From contig OZ059898.1 in NCBI GenBank assembly GCA_964057225.1, positions 14,012,001 through 14,076,000 on the forward strand: DNA of 64,000 nucleotides, given 5' to 3'. Of this stretch, positions 32,101-48,800 are shown one piece after another (the stretch's first letter is position 1; each line of letters begins with the position of its first letter). The notes beneath the pieces are model-generated. The model made no database searches. It saw only the letters and a list, made by a program, of their open reading frames with translations, and was not told where the DNA came from. This stretch comes from Auanema rhodensis (taxonomy: Eukaryota; Animalia; Nematoda). The position numbers were made by a program, and so were the translations under genes.

Positions 32101-35100
32101 AAGGCATCCATGCTGACCATTACACCACGAACGCTACGATGGCTCTTGAACTATTTGATTAGATGAGTTGACACATCTTTGACTTCATTGATAATTACGA
32201 ATGAAAAGCAGTAACATATTTTTTTCAAACGTTTCACATCAAAAATTCAAAAATGGACAAGCTCAAGTACTTTCAAAATCTTTGCAACATATTGCAAAAC
32301 GTCAAACCATTCTTAAAAAATGAAAAATGTATGCGTTCGGGGGGAATCGAACCCCCGTCGAATGCTTGGAAGGCATCCATGCTGACCATTACACCACGAA
32401 CGCTACGATGGCTCTTGAACTATTAGATTAGATGAGTTGACACATCTTTGACTTCATTGATAATTACGAATGAAAAGCAGTAACATATTTCTTTAAAGGT
32501 TTCACGTAAAAAGTTAAAAAATGGACAAGCTAAAGTACTTTCAAAATCTTTGCAACATATTGCAAAACGTCAAATCATTCAGCAAAAATGAAAAATGTAT
32601 GCGTTCGGGGGGAATCGAACCCCCGTCGAATGCTTGGAAGGCATCCATGCTGACCATTACACCACGAACGCTACGATGGCTCTTGAACTATTAGATTAGA
32701 TGAGTTGACACATCTTTGACTTCATTGATAATTACGAATGAAAAGCAGTAACATATTTTTTTCAAACGTTTCACATCGAAAATTCAAAAATGGACAAGCT
32801 CAAGTACTTTCAAAATCTTTGCAACATATTGCAAAACGTCAAACCATTCTTAAAAAATGAAAAATGTATGCGTTCGGGGGAAATCGAACCCCCGTCGAAT
32901 GCTTGGAAGGCATCCATGCTGACCATTACACCACGAAAGCTACGATGGCTCTTGAACTATTTGATTAGATGAGTTGACACATCTTTGACTTCATATATAA
33001 TTACGAATGAAAAGCAGTAACATATTTTTTTCAAACGTTTCACATCAAAAAATCAAAAATGGACAAGCTCAAGTATTTTCAAAATCTTTGCAACATATTG
33101 CAAAACGTCAAACCATTCTTAAAAAATGAAAAATGTATGCGTTCGGGGGAAATCGAACCCCCGTCGAATGCTTGGAAGGCATCCATGCTGACCATTACAC
33201 CACGAACGCTACAATAGGTTGTGAACTATTAGATTAGATGAGTTGACACATCTTTGACTTCATATATAATTACGAATGAAAAGCAGAAACATATTTTTTT
33301 CAAACGTTTCACATCAAAAATTCAAAAATGGACAAGCTCAAGTATTTTCAAAATCTTTGCAACATATTGCAATCAAATCATTCACAAAAAATGAAAAATG
33401 TATGCGTTCGGGGGGAATCAAACCCCCGTCGAATGCTTGGAAGGCATCCATGCTGACCATTACACCACGAACGCTACAATAGGTTGTGAACTATTAGATT
33501 AGATGAGTTGACACATCTTTGACTTCATTGATAATTACGAATGAAAAGCAGTAACATATTTTTTTCAAACGTTTCACATCGAAAATTCAAAAATGGACAA
33601 GCTCAAGTACTTTCAAAATCTTTGCAACATATTGCAAAACGTCAAACCATTCTTAAAAAATGAAAAATGTATGCGTTCGGGGGAAATCGAACCCCCGTCG
33701 AATGCTTGGAAGGCATCCATGCTGACCATTACACCACGAACGCTACGATGGCTCTTGAACTATTTGATTAGATGAGTTGACACATCTTTGACTTCATATA
33801 TAATTACGAATGAAAAGCAGTAACATATTTTTTTCAAACGTTTCACATTAAAAAATCAAAAATGGACAAGCTCAAGTATTTTCAAAATCTTTGCAACATA
33901 TTGCAAAACGTCAAACCATTCTTAAAAAATGAAAAATGTATGCGTTCGGGGGAAATCGAACCCCCGTCGAATGCTTGGAAGGCATCCATGCTGACCATTA
34001 CACCACGAACGCTACAATAGGTTGTGAACTATTAGATTAGATGAGTTGACACATCTTTGACTTCATATATAATTACGAATGAAAAGCAGAAACATATTTT
34101 TTTCAAACGTTTCACATCAAAAATTCAAAAATGGACAAGCTCAAGTATTTTCAAAATCTTTGCAACATATTGCAATCAAATCATTCACAAAAAATGAAAA
34201 ATGTATGCGTTCGGGGGGAATCAAACCCCCGTCGAATGCTTGGAAGGCATCCATGCTGACCATTACACCACGAACGCTACGATGGCTCTTGAACTATTAG
34301 ATTAGATGAGTTGACACATCTTTGACTTCATTGATAATTACGAATGAAAAGCAGTAACATATTTTTTTCAAACGTTTCACATCAAAAAATCAAAAATGAA
34401 CAAGCTCAAGTATTTTCAAAATCTTTGCAACATATTGCAATCAAATCATTCACAAAAAATGAAAAATGTATGCGTTCGGGGGGAATCGAACCCCCGTCGA
34501 ATGCTTGGAAGGCATCCATGCTGACCATTACACCACGAACGCTACGATGGCTCTTGAACTATTTGATTAGATGAGTTGACACATCTTTGACTTCATTGAT
34601 AATTACGAATGAAAAGCAGTAACATATTTTTTTCAAACGTTTCACATCAAAAATTCAAAAATGGACAAGCTCAAGTACTTTCAAAATCTTTGCAACATAT
34701 TGCAAAACGTCAAACCATTCTTAAAAAATGAAAAATGTATGCGTTCGGGGGGAATCGAACCCCCGTCGAATGCTTGGAAGGCATCCATGCTGACCATTAC
34801 ACCACGAACGCTACGATGGCTCTTGAACTATTAGATTAGATGAGTTGACACATCTTTGACTTCATTGATAATTACGAATGAAAAGCAGAAACATATTTTT
34901 TCAACGTTTCACATCAAAAATTCAAAAATGGACAAGCTCAAGTATTTTCAAAATCTTTGCAACATATTGCAATCAAATCGTTCACAAAAAATGAAAAATG
35001 TATGCGTTCGGGGGGAATCGAACCCCCGTCGAATGCTTGGAAGGCATCCATGCTGACCATTACACCACGAACGCTACGATGGCTCTTGAACTATTTGATT

Positions 35101-38100
35101 AGATGAGTTGACACATCTTTGACTTCATTGATAATTACGAATGAAAAGCAGTAACATATTTTTTTCAAACGTTTCACATCAAAAATTCAAAGATGGACAA
35201 GCTCAAGTATTTTCAAAATCTTTGCAACATATTGCAAAACGTCAAATCATTCAGCAAAAATGAAAAATGTATGCGTTCGGGGGGAATCGAACCCCCGTCG
35301 AATGCTTGGAAGGCATCCATGCTGACCATTACACCACGAACGCTACAATAGGTTGTGAACTATTAGATTAGATGAGTTGACACATCTTTGACTTCATTGA
35401 TAATTACGAATGAAAAGCAGTAACATATTTTTTTCAAACGTTTCACATCGAAAATTCAAAAATGGACAAGCTCAAGTACTTTCAAAATCTTTGCAACATA
35501 TTGCAAAACGTCAAATCATTCAGCAAAAATGAAAAATGTATGCGTTCGGGGGGAATCGAACCCCCGTCGAATGCTTGGAAGGCATCCATGCTGACCATTA
35601 CACCACGAACGCTACGATGGCTCTTGAACTATTAGATTAGATGAGTTGACACATATTTGACTTCATTGATAATTACGAATGAAAAGCAGTAACATATTTT
35701 TTTCAAACGTTTCACATCAAAAATTCAAAAATGGACAAGCTCAAGTATTTTCAAAATCTTTGCAACATATTGCAATCAAATCGTTCAGAAAAAATGAAAA
35801 ATGTGTGCGTTCGGGGGGAATCGAACCCCCGTCGAATGCTTGGAAGGCATCCATGCTGACCATTACACCACGAACGCTACAATAGGTTGTGAACTATTAG
35901 ATTAGATGAGTTGACACATCTTTGACTTCATATATAATTACGAATGAAAAGCAGTAACATATTTTTTTCAAACGTTTCACATCAAAAATTCAAAAATGGA
36001 CAAGCTCAAGTACTTTCAAAATCTTTGCAACATATTGCAAAACGTCAAACCATTCTTAAAAAATGAAAAATGTATGCGTTCGGGGGGAATCGAACCCCCG
36101 TCGAATGCTTGGAAGGCATCCATGCTGACCATTACACCACGAACGCTACGATGGCTCTTGAACTATTAGATTAGATGAGTTGACACATCTTTGACTTCAT
36201 TGATAATTACGAATGAAAAGCAGTAACATATTTCTTTAAAGGTTTCACGTAAAAAGTTAAAAAATGGACAAGCTAAAGTACTTTCAAAATCTTTGCAACA
36301 TATTGCAAAACGTCAAATCATTCAGCAAAAATGAAAAATGTATGCGTTCGGGGGGAATCGAACCCCCGTCGAATGCTTGGAAGGCATCCATGCTGACCAT
36401 TACACCACGAACGCTACGATGGCTCTTGAACTATTAGATTAGATGAGTTGACACATCTTTGACTTCATTGATAATTACGAATGAAAAGCAGTAACATATT
36501 TTTTTCAAACGTTTCACATCGAAAATTCAAAAATGGACAAGCTCAAGTACTTTCAAAATCTTTGCAACATATTGCAAAACGTCAAACCATTCTTAAAAAA
36601 TGAAAAATGTATGCGTTCGGGGGAAATCGAACCCCCGTCGAATGCTTGGAAGGCATCCATGCTGACCATTACACCACGAACGCTACGATGGCTCTTGAAC
36701 TATTTGATTAGATGAGTTGACACATCTTTGACTTCATATATAATTACGAATGAAAAGCAGTAACATATTTTTTTCAAACGTTTCACATCAAAAAATCAAA
36801 AATGGACAAGCTCAAGTATTTTCCAAATCTTTGCAACATATTGCAAAACGTCAAACCATTCTTAAAAAATGAAAAATGTATGCGTTCGGGGGAAATCGAA
36901 CCCCCGTCGAATGCTTGGAAGGCATCCATGCTGACCATTACACCACGAACGCTACAATAGGTTGTGAACTATTAGATTAGATGAGTTGACACATCTTTGA
37001 CTTCATATATAATTACGAATGAAAAGCAGAAACATATTTTTTTCAAACGTTTCACATCAAAAATTCAAAAATGGACAAGCTCAAGTATTTTCAAAATCTT
37101 TGCAACATATTGCAATCAAATCATTCACAAAAAATGAAAAATGTATGCGTTCGGGGGGAATCAAACCCCCGTCGAATGCTTGGAAGGCATCCATGCTGAC
37201 CATTACACCACGAACGCTACGATGGCTCTTGAACTGTTAGATTAGATGAGTTGACACATCTTTGACTTCATTGATAATTACGAATGAAAAGCAGTAACAT
37301 ATTTTTTTCAAACGTTTCACATCGAAAATTCAAAAATGGACAAGCTCAAGTACTTTCAAAATCTTTGCAACATATTGCAAAACGTCAAATCATTCAGCAA
37401 AAATGAAAAATGTATGCGTTCGGGGGAAATCGAACCCCCGTCGAATGATTGGAAGGCATCCATGCTGACCATTACACCACGAACGCTACAATAGGTTGTG
37501 AACTATTAGATTAGATGAGTTGACACATCTTTGACTTCATTGATAATTACGAATGAAAAGCAGTAACATATTTTTTTCAAACGTTTCACATCAAAAATTC
37601 AAAAATGGACAAGCTCAAGTATTTTCAAAATCTTTGCAATATATTGCAATCAAATCATTCACAAAAAATGAAAAATGTATGCGTTCGGGGGGAATCGAAC
37701 CCCCGTCGAATGCTTGGAAGGCATCCATGCTGACCATTACACCACGAACGCTACGATGGCTCTTGAACTATTAGATTAGATGAGTTGACACATCTTTGAC
37801 TTCATTGATAATTACGAATGAAAAGCAGTAACATATTTTTTTCAAACGTTTCACATCAAAAATTCAAAAATGGACAAGCTCAAGTACTTTCAAAATCTTT
37901 GCAACATATTGCAATCAAATCATTCACAAAAAATGAAAAATGTATGCGTTCGGGGGGAATCGAACCCCCGTCGAATGCTTGGAAGGCATCCATGCTGACT
38001 ATTACACCACGAACGCTACGATGGCTCTTGAACTATTAGATTAGATGAGTTGACACATCTTTGACTTCATATATAATTACAGAATGAGAAGCAGAAACAT

Positions 38101-39837
38101 ATTTTTTTAACGTTTCACATCAAAAAATCAAAAATGGACAAGCTCAAGTATTTTCAAGATCTTTGCAACATATAGCAAAACGTCAAACCATTCTTAAAAA
38201 ATGAAAAATGTATGCGTTCGGGGGGAATCGAACCCCCGTCGAATGCTTGGAAGGCATCCATGCTGACCATTACACCACGAACGCTACGATGGCTCTTGAA
38301 CTATTAGATTAGATGAGTTGACACATCTTTGACTTCATATATCGTTCCGTTATGCTCCTGCGTCGATAATATAAACCATTGTAGTTTATACTATGACGCG
38401 CATAGTATTCCTTGGTGTAGCGGTAAGGAATAAAGAGCATAAGGTCAATCATAAGATAAAAGAGAGAAAGATTTATTAGCATGAAACTACAACAATAATA
38501 TACAAAGATAAAGATACAATACAATAAGATAAATATAAGTATAAAGACTAAACTACAAGCCGTCCATGAGCTTGCTAAGAGGCGAACTCCCGACCAAGGG
38601 AACGAGGGAAGGCGGAGCCATTCCTCGGTCCTCTGGTCGTCTGGCTCTAACCCTTCAGCTACATATATGGGGAGTCCGAATGGAACGATATAATTACAGA
38701 ATGAAAAGCAGAAACATATTTTTTTCAAACGTTTCACATCAAAAATTCAAAAATGGACAAGCTCAAGTATTTTCAAGATCTTTGCAACATATAGCAAAAC
38801 GTCAAACCATTCTTAAAAAATGAAAAATGTATGCCTTCGGGGGGAATCGAACCTCCGTCGAATGCTTGGAAGGCATCCATGCTGACCATTACACCACGAA
38901 CGCTACAATAGGTTGTGAACTATTAGATTAGATGAGTTGACACATCTTTGACTTCATATATAATTACGAATGAAAAGCAGTAACATATTTTTTTCAAACG
39001 TTTCACATCAAAAATTCAAAAATGGACAAGCTCAAGTACTTTCAAAATCTTTGCAACATATTGCAAAACGTCAAACCATTCTTAAAAAATGAAAAATGTA
39101 TGCGTTCGGGGGGAATCGAACCCCCGTCGAATGCTTGGAAGGCATCCATGCTGACCATTACACCACGAACGCTACGATGGCTCTTGAACTATTAGATTAG
39201 ATGAGTTGACACATCTTTGACTTCATTGATAATTACGAATGAAAAGCAGAAACATATTTTTTCAACGTTTCACATCAAAAATTCAAAAATGGACAAGCTC
39301 AAGTATTTTCAAAATCTTTGCAACATATTGCAATCAAATCGTTCACAAAAAATGAAAAATGTATGCGTTCGGGGGGAATCGAACCCCCGTCGAATGCTTG
39401 GAAGGCATCCATGCTGACCATTACACCACGAACGCTACGATGGCTCTTGAACTATTTGATTAGATGAGTTGACACATCTTTGACTTCATTGATAATTACG
39501 AATGAAAAGCAGTAACATATTTTTTTCAAACGTTTCACATCAAAAATTCAAAGATGGACAAGCTCAAGTATTTTCAAAATCTTTGCAACATATTGCAATC
39601 AAATCGTTCAGAAAAAATGAAAAATGTGTGCTTTCGGGGGGAATCGAACCCCCGTCGAATGCTTGGAAGGCATCCATGCTGACCATTACACCACGAACGC
39701 TACAATAGGTTGTGAACTATTAGATTAGATGAGTTGACACATCTTTGACTTCATATATAATTACAGAATGAAAAGCAGAAACATATTTTTTTCAAACGTT
39801 TCACATCAAAAATTCAAAAATGGACAAGCTCAAGTAT
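26133..39837 (-). repeat. Tandem tRNA-Gly(TCC) array, block 2 (~50 units; contains one solo LTR)
   Basis: Same unit as block 1; tRNAs from 26198 to 39629. Confidence 0.97.
38343..38687 (-). mobile_element. Solo LTR family B, duplicated copy
   Basis: Matches 13123-13467 at +25220 with the same ATAT TSD. Confidence 0.95.
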
Positions 39838-42800
39838 CGTTCCATGCGGACGCCTAGTGTATGTAGTTAGTGGGTTAGAGTTAGACTGACTAGAGGACTG
39901 AGGAATAGCTCCGCCTTACCTCGGTTCTCTAACCAGGAGTTCGCCTCTTAGCAAGCCCATGGACGGTTTGTATCTAGTTTAGTTTATCTTGTACATTAGT
40001 CATTGTCTTGTAAATGTAGTCTACTCCATTCTTGTATTATTGTAGTGTAATGTTGTTGTATCGTGTATAATAAATCTATCCTTTTCCTTATCTTATGATA
40101 TCCTTATGCTCTGTTTTCATACGCTACACTTATGGAATACTATCCGCGTAGTTGAGCAGACTACAATGGTCTGTTCAGTATACGCAGGAGCATAATGGAA
40201 CGTGGAGGTTCCACCTCGAACTCACTTTTGATCAAAATTAACCTCGAAAAGTCCATTTTTTGAAACTAAATTAAAATTTCCTCCACGGTTAGCAACTAAA
40301 TGTAGGCGCCAACTTGTATTTAGGGTACAGATACAAGGGATCTCTTTTGATTGAGAGATAGGACAAAAATTTTTCAAAAATTGCCCGCCGTTCTCATATT
40401 TAAACCGTCTGAATGTCCACCCTTTGTAATACCGTATCTCGTACCGCTTCTTATGCATTTTTTTTTGAGGACGTTTGGACTAAAATAGAGAACGATTTTA
40501 CCAGACGAAAACTAATCGAATTTTGATTACATTTTGCAATGAGAAGAATAACTCTTGGAAACAAAATAACATAAACGCGCGCATAACTATAACATTTTTA
40601 ATTTTGTGGTCAGGACTAGCATACTTCAAATTATGATCATATTCAGACGCACAAGATCACAGATTGAATAACATTTTGCGGGAAATTGACTGAAAGTCAG
40701 AGAAAATCATTAAGATAGACCACACTAGTCCGAAAAATCCTGGTAAATCTGCTCAGTGAGACTTTTTTAGCTCTTACTTGACAGTCAGGTCAGGTTGGCG
40801 AAAACATAACTGCTTTGGATTTTATCCCCATAGAGTATGTAACCTTCCTCAACTCATTTTGTTGCATACATCATAAGATAACCACATATTCCTACCGTAA
40901 CCTTAAAATTTTCACATATTTCTGTTAAAACCGGAATAATTTTCGTATTCTTCAGCAAATAAGCGAAAAAAAAAAAAAAAAATTTTCTCGTTCTTTTGTT
41001 GTTCATATTTGATTGCGAAATTTTATTTAATAATTTTACTTCAAAAAGGTACAATCGAAAAAAAAAAAAAAGAAAAAAGCGATGTAATTTTCTATTCATT
41101 TGTGAACGACAAAGGAAACACAAAGTAAACTTATGCCTCATACACTTTTTGTATTGTGAAGGTTATTCAAAATGGTTGCAATTCCATTTTGAAATTGGTT
41201 CCAAGTGACTAAAAGAACCGGAAACACAAAAGAAAAAAAAAATTTTTGAAAAGTACACATGTACAACAAACACCGTCATTACGGATTTAATAGAAGGACC
41301 GAGTATGTCAAATTATAAACACGATTGCTGATTGCCGAATACGGTGGATGGGCGGAGTTAGATCTCTGGCCAAGATTGAAAATTCCTTCTCATTCACCCT
41401 GCAGCATCGCCCCAGCGACGCACGAAAAGTTTCTACTTTAATACAACTCTCATCCTATCTACAGAATACTCAGCTACTAACGTCAACATCCCTCACGTAG
41501 CCCACCACTCTCGGTTTTTCCAAACCAAGAGTACTACAAAGGTGGCAAAGAGATTTGCTTCGGCTTTTTCAGCCCTTCACCCATCAGATTCTAACAGCGA
41601 CGCTACCGTCGCTAGCCGTACAAGAAGCCGCACACGACTCCTCAGTGTTCAAATAGAAGAGTCTAATCAGCCGGACGAAAAGCCGAAACCACAACTCGAC
41701 AAATTCTATACTCCACGCGAAGGTACATATTCACCTTCTGACGACACCGACGAAGACCCGGACTTCATCATAGCCGACGGCAACGCTCAAACTCCCACTA
41801 CAAACCCCAAGGTACGCTCATTTAATACTAATAAAAATCGAAAAATTCAAAAAGAAAATCCGACAACCGTATCTGCCTCTCCTGTTAACTCAGATCCAAA
41901 CACTTTATCAGCTATCACTGATAACACACTCTCTCCTTCTATAGAGCTAACCCAGAGTCCACAGGCGTATTCCGCAACTACAGACCTTCGAAACTCTTCA
42001 AATCAAGAGCTCACCGAAGCTAATACTAGCCAATCTCCTTTATCAGCTATCACTGATAAGCTCAAAAAGAATATTTCCAATAAGAGGAAAACCAGCACAC
42101 CCCGTAAACGAACAAAAGTAACCACTGAGGCAGAAGCACCCTCCGCAGAAGCTTCAGAAGTTTCACCGTTATCACTTACAACTGATAAGTACAAAAACAA
42201 GAGATCGTTAACAGCCCGACTGATAAAGATCTTAAACTTATCTCCAGGTGATAAAGCAACAACTCCCAATACCGTAAGACCTCGATTTGCTTCACATAAC
42301 TCTTATCTTAACAAATCAGATAGCGCAATCCTTAGCTCCCAATCAACTCCTATAACACCGCCTCAGGCATCTGGCAGGGTTATCAAGGTCCAAAAAGCTC
42401 GTTCTACAACAGCGGTTCCCGTTATAAGCTCTTCAATCGATTCAGAGACCGGTGGCTCTTCAGAGACAAGAAGAAACACTTACCCAGAAGCATCAATAAG
42501 TGAAGTGATAACATCACCTATCACACACCCCAAAGGCATTTCATCAGAAATGACTGAAACACCACGTCTCCCGGGAGCTGGTAAATCAACCATTGCTCAG
42601 GCATTAAGCTCTCCATACTGCCCCATATATGATGGAAGTCGTAACTTTCGAGATTTCGTTGCGAAATTTAACACCTTCTCTAATGCCTTAGGCTTAGTGA
42701 TGCCTGAGAGATTAACTATCTTGCCTCTACTTCTCAAAAATGAAAGAGCGGAAGAAGCTTATACACAGCTGGCCAATGAAATAAAGACAGCTGGACCTTG

Positions 42801-45800
42801 GATCACACTGATCGAAGAGTTAACATCGAAGCTTTGCCCTGAATATAATCAGGACCCGGCACTGATAACGCTTCAAAATTCCACCCAAGGCGACTTATCA
42901 GTGGATGGATTTGCGCAAACCCTACGTAACTTAAGTTTGAACGCATTTTCTCAGAGTGATCCTCACAAGGATCACATCCTCCGATCAACATTTTTGCGAG
43001 GACTCAAAAACAGCATACGCCCTGGGGTAATCAGAGCAAAACCCAAAACTTTTTCTGAAGCTATTGATAACGCCCGTTGGGAAGAATCAATAGCTAATCA
43101 AGTAGCTGACCCTCAAGCGTTACTTGTAAACGCAATAGAAAGAACATTCCCACAAAGGAGAGATCCTGGTAGGCGAGGAAACGGTAGAGGATATCAATCA
43201 TTCAACAATAAAAATTATCAAAATTATCAAAATTATCAAAATTCATCAAACTATCAAAAACCTCAAAATTATCAAAATTCATTTGCAAGAAATCGCAATT
43301 TTGGTAATCGCGGTCGAAATTTTTCAAATCAACCTAACTCGAATTGGTATCAAAGAAATAATACTTTATCACGCAACCAGGAGATAAACGATAACCGTCA
43401 ACGCTTAAATAATCCCTTCAGGGGAAATAACAACAACAGAGGAAGAGGAAGAGGCTCTAGAGTCAATAACTTGACTTTAATATCTCCTTTAACATTAGCA
43501 GTAGCTTTATCAGTAATCTTATCACTGATCACCACTGTGGAAGCTTATCAGCTATGCACAAAAGCTACCGGAGGAGCCCTTCTGATTCCACCTTCCCTTA
43601 GAAAATGTTCCATACCATCAACAAAACACGTGCTTCGGACAAGAATTCATCTTTACACAAGAAATCAAACAGCTCACGAATGGGACGCCTGGAGATGCTC
43701 TAAAGAGGTTCATAAAATATGTATAAGAGACCTCCTATTTCTTCGAGACTACAACAGTACAGTTGACAGAATCGAAAAAATACCAGCCGCAGAATGCAGG
43801 TTGGCAGTACGAGATAGGAAATGGAGCTCTGAGGAATTGAAAAAACTTGATAGCATTACATATGCAACAAACGAGCCAACATTTTCGCCCGGACGATCGC
43901 TCAATAATGAACAATGCGAAGAAAAACCTCGACTGGTACTAGAACGAGGAGTAATGACAAGAATGCCAGATGACACTGTAATATCGAATTTAATTTTGAA
44001 TACTGAAGGCTGTCTTTCGCATCACGGAGAATGTGCGTCTAACACTTCTATAATCATTTGGGACAAACAGCCTTACGAGAATCGTTGTAATTACATTGAC
44101 ATGAGCGAATATGATGCTATAATTGGAGACAGCATCATTCTCATCCCAACAACGCAGTCTGCACTTGTCATTGAGAACAAAAAAGTCCCGAAAGAAATAT
44201 CATCTTGTTTCCAACAACCAATTTTTCACACTACAACTGGAAATTATATTCTCTTCCCGAAGTTCCCAAACGACATCAATATACATGAACTGATCGAAAG
44301 AGAATTCAAGAAATTACCGCCAAAAAGGACAAAAAGAGCCATTGCAGAATGCAAGGTTGAAATGAACAAAGAATGGATTCAACAACAGGAAGATTTTGAA
44401 ACAATAATTTTAAACATATGCCCATATCCATTTCTCCGACCAGTTATGAGCAACCCGGGAATTTCCCAAATTATCCCACTCATGCGTAGCAGACAAATAG
44501 CAGATCCTTCATACTCTGTTGTCGACTGGATTTCCGCACATCCTGAGAAATTCTATTTCTTTCTTCGAAATCCCGTCTCAGATAAATCAATACAACGATT
44601 TTTCAAAATTTACGAACTGCGTAACCCTGAAGAGGCTATACTCTTCTTTTTGGCACAAAAAGAGCTGGCAGCAACCACAAGAGGCGCTATCCGGTACCTT
44701 ACTTCTCTACAACTATTAGAGCAGATCGGCGACAGATTGTCAGCGGAAGAATTTGACGAAAAACTCTTAAAGAAAGATGGATCATACCGCGAAAGAGCAG
44801 AAATCATAGCATTAGAACTAGCATTTACGCCCGTAGTATTTGAAAACAACTTGTCGGTACCATCAAAACAAGAAGTTTTAAAAGCCTTTGTGAACATGCC
44901 GCCTACGAGGCCCAGTTTAACGACTGATAGTGAGGAGGAGAGAAGAGTACTTGAAAACACTCTCGACTTATATCACAACATAATCAAACTACGCGTGGCT
45001 AGGCCAAATAGAACGATAGCCGCCAAGGATGATGAAAGGTTTCGTCATCTGCCGGTTCCTGCCACCAAACTACCAGATATACATACATTATACCACGATA
45101 TAGAGAACAATTTTGGTATACCGGTGGGCCCACATCCTCGTATACAGAATCCTAGCAAAGATACGCGAGAATTGCTCATTCGGACATTCCTACCTTTGCT
45201 AGAAGACACACGCAAACCACCTTACTTGAGTAGAAGACTGCCTATTACCACCACTCAAATGACACCACTATCAGGGCCTCCGGAAACAATTTACAAAGAA
45301 CCTACAAAAAGTCAGACGACCTATGCACCACAGCCAGTAACAAAAACCGCTACCTTGGTGCAGCAAACAACAAGATTTGATGAAACTACTGAGACAACCA
45401 CGACACACGCAACAAGCACGATGTTATATGCTTTGTACACTGAGAAAACACCTTCAACAATGACACCCATATCCGAAACCACGCTACGCTCCTTAAGGAA
45501 ACAAAGAACATCATCGCCTCCTATAGAAACAAAAGCGATTCAGGCTCAGAGCAATTATATAGCATCAAAAGTGAACAATGAAATGCAAACTAATCAAAAT
45601 ACATCTCGAAAAATAGCACAAGATCATCTGCAATACGCTACCACAATTGTGCAGGAAGAACTACAACGACATTTTGTGGAATCTTTTGAATCCATATGTG
45701 AAATCCAGAATAGATACCTGGAATTATGGCGTTCTATTTTACAAATAGAGCCCACAATTGCAATGAGGACCATACTAGGTAGAGACGATATTGCAGCGCG

Positions 45801-48800
45801 TTTTGTGGGCAGCGAGATAGTACATGTTCACATATGTCTACCTCTGAAGCCTAAGACTGTTCATTATTCACATAAGATCAACGAAACTTGCTATCTAGAG
45901 ACGCCAGTAACAACAGAGGAGAATAAATTGTATTTTGCTGCACCAGGATCGAAAGATTTATTGACACATGGAAAAGAAATAAATTGCGATCACGTACCAA
46001 CTGATGTATATTCAAAAGATGGCGAGTGGATGAATGTCAATGGGTCGGTAGAAGTGAACCCCATCTCACTTCTTGATGGTGCTCACCATCATCAAATTAC
46101 ACCATTGAAATTTACAGGAGCTCATCTTTATACGAATCTTTCATCACGAATATACTCAATGACTACAGCAATCGCATACGGAGCTAGTCTTGCATCAATA
46201 CGACAAAATCACGTATTACATACCATTCACAATGATCCTCAAATAACATCGACATTTAATCTTTTGAAAAGGGGCAGCGATTATATCTCGAAAGCTAAAG
46301 AATTTACATCTACAGCCTGGAACAGTGTCATAGATAGTTTGATAGGGTCAATTGAAAAAACACTCATATTCATAGGATCCGTGGTCATAATTATCGCATT
46401 GACCATTATTGTTATCGTCATCGCTAAACTATACTTCTGTAAAACAATGCCGTTACCTATCATGCACATTCAAGGCATGGATCATGAGCCCCCAGGCTAT
46501 GAAGAAACATTGGAACTTGTTAGTCGAGCAGATCAACCAATGCCAGAAAGCATAATGAAACAATACTATCCAGCTCTGGTGACATTTATTCCATTAGCAA
46601 TGCCATTCATCTCTTCTATTAGAGCAACGGAAACAAAGTTACCTTTGATATACATATCAGTAGAGGACAAGCTGATACTAGCACTATGGGATTCAGGCTC
46701 ATCAGTCTCATATGTTAGGCTATCGACACTAAAATATTTAAATATGGCTCAACATATTAAAAAGAGACGTTTAGTTGCAATGGCTGCTAATAAATCAACA
46801 TTCACATTATATGGAAAAATAGAACTCATTATTGAAATTGCTGGTTATGAAATCGAACACACATTTTTGGTCTCGAGCGATAACGATTGCCCAGCCCCAG
46901 CGTTAATTGGACTCGACTTCATGAAAACGCTCGATAGCGAAAACATCGACGTCAGCCTGAAACCATCCAAAAAAACGCTCGAGATTGGTAACCACGCTCT
47001 TCCTTTGATTGAACAAGAAGTCATTAAACAGAAATCAATAACTGTAAACATCATCAATTTAAAAAGACGTATACTACAGCCTGAAGAAGAAGCTCCTATA
47101 CCAATCAAAACAGACAGGCCACTCGAACAAAACGAAGTGGTAGTCTTAGGAGACAACGGAAGCGCGTTAGCCACCAGTTATCCAACAGCGTTTCGTGATA
47201 CATGTGGAGTATATGTTATATTCAGAAACAATACAGATAAAACGATAGAAATAGAACCCAACTCGGTAATTGGGCAAGCAAACATAGGAGAAATCCAGTC
47301 CTGGCAGTCCATCAAGAACGAGCCAACAACGCCTTATATACCACCCGAGGCAGACTGGGAAAACAAATTACCACACTTTCCCAGAGATTTCATGAAAGAC
47401 CTTAACCTTGAGAAAGCTGACCTAACAAAGGAAGATAAACAAGAACTAACAAAAATAATCGAACAACATAGGGAAGCTTTTCTAAATGAAGATAGAAAAA
47501 TAGGCTTATTCAAAGGACCCGTCGAACATACTATTCCATTAAGAACGGACATGGATATGCCAAGACCAAGAATAACACGTATTCCACTTGGAAAACAAGA
47601 AGAAATAGAAAGACAAATCCTAGAAATGCTTGAACAAGACATTATTGAACCATCTACATCTTTGTTCAATAGCCCTGTAGTATTGGTCAAGAAGAAAGAC
47701 GATACTTATAGGTTCGTGACAGATTTTCGAGCCTTAAATAACGTAACACGCAAGCAAACATATGTAATACCAAGCATTTCGGACATAGTTGACATGGCAG
47801 CGGGAGCTAAATTCTTCTCAAACTTCGACTTAGTATCAGGATTCTTTCAAATATCTTTACGGAAATCAGATCGACGATTAACAGCATTTACTACAACATC
47901 AGGAACGTATCAATACAAACGTATGCCTATGGGTCTCTGTGGAGCCCCACATACATTTCAAACAGCTGTAAGATACTTGCAAAGTAAATGTTCTTGCAAA
48001 CTATTTGTCTACCTGGACGATCTATTAGTCATATCAGATACAAGAGAACAACATCTCAAAGACATCGACGAATTATTGCACGCAGTAGAAAAATTAGGAA
48101 TGAAAATAAAGCTCAAGAAATGCGCTTTTGCACAACCAGAAGTGAAATTCTTAGGACTAATAGTTGGACGACAAGGAATGAAGCCAGATCCTCAAAAGGT
48201 CGCGGCTATACAGGACTATCCTGCACCTAAGAACGCAACAGGAGTACGCGCTTTCTTAGGAATGGTTGGATTCTTTCGAAAATTTATAAAAGATTTTGCA
48301 CGGATCGCAAGTCCTTTATACGACTTAACAAAGGCAGAGACTGAATTTATATGGAATAAAGAACATCAAGAAGCTATAGATCTCCTAAAAAGAAGTCTTA
48401 TACAGGCACCCGTGTTAAGCCCACCAAAATCAGATCGCTTATTTATCATTGAAAGCGACGGGAGTAACATTGCCATAGGTGCCGTATTACTACAACCAGA
48501 AGATCCAAGACAACCTCTAAAGAATCTACATCCAATCGCATTTGCAAGCAGAAAATTAGTAAAAGCAGAAAGGAATTATGCGCCTATAGAAATAGAAGCG
48601 CTAGGCCTAGTGTACGCGCTAAATCAGTTTCGAACATATATTCTTGGAACACATACAATATGCATTACGGACCATCGACCTCTTACTAGCTTACTAACGC
48701 GAAGAGACTTATTTGGACGACTCGCGAAATTTCAGCTAGTAATCCAAGAATACGATATCGAGATAAGATATAGAGAAGGCCAATTGAACAAAGTATGCGA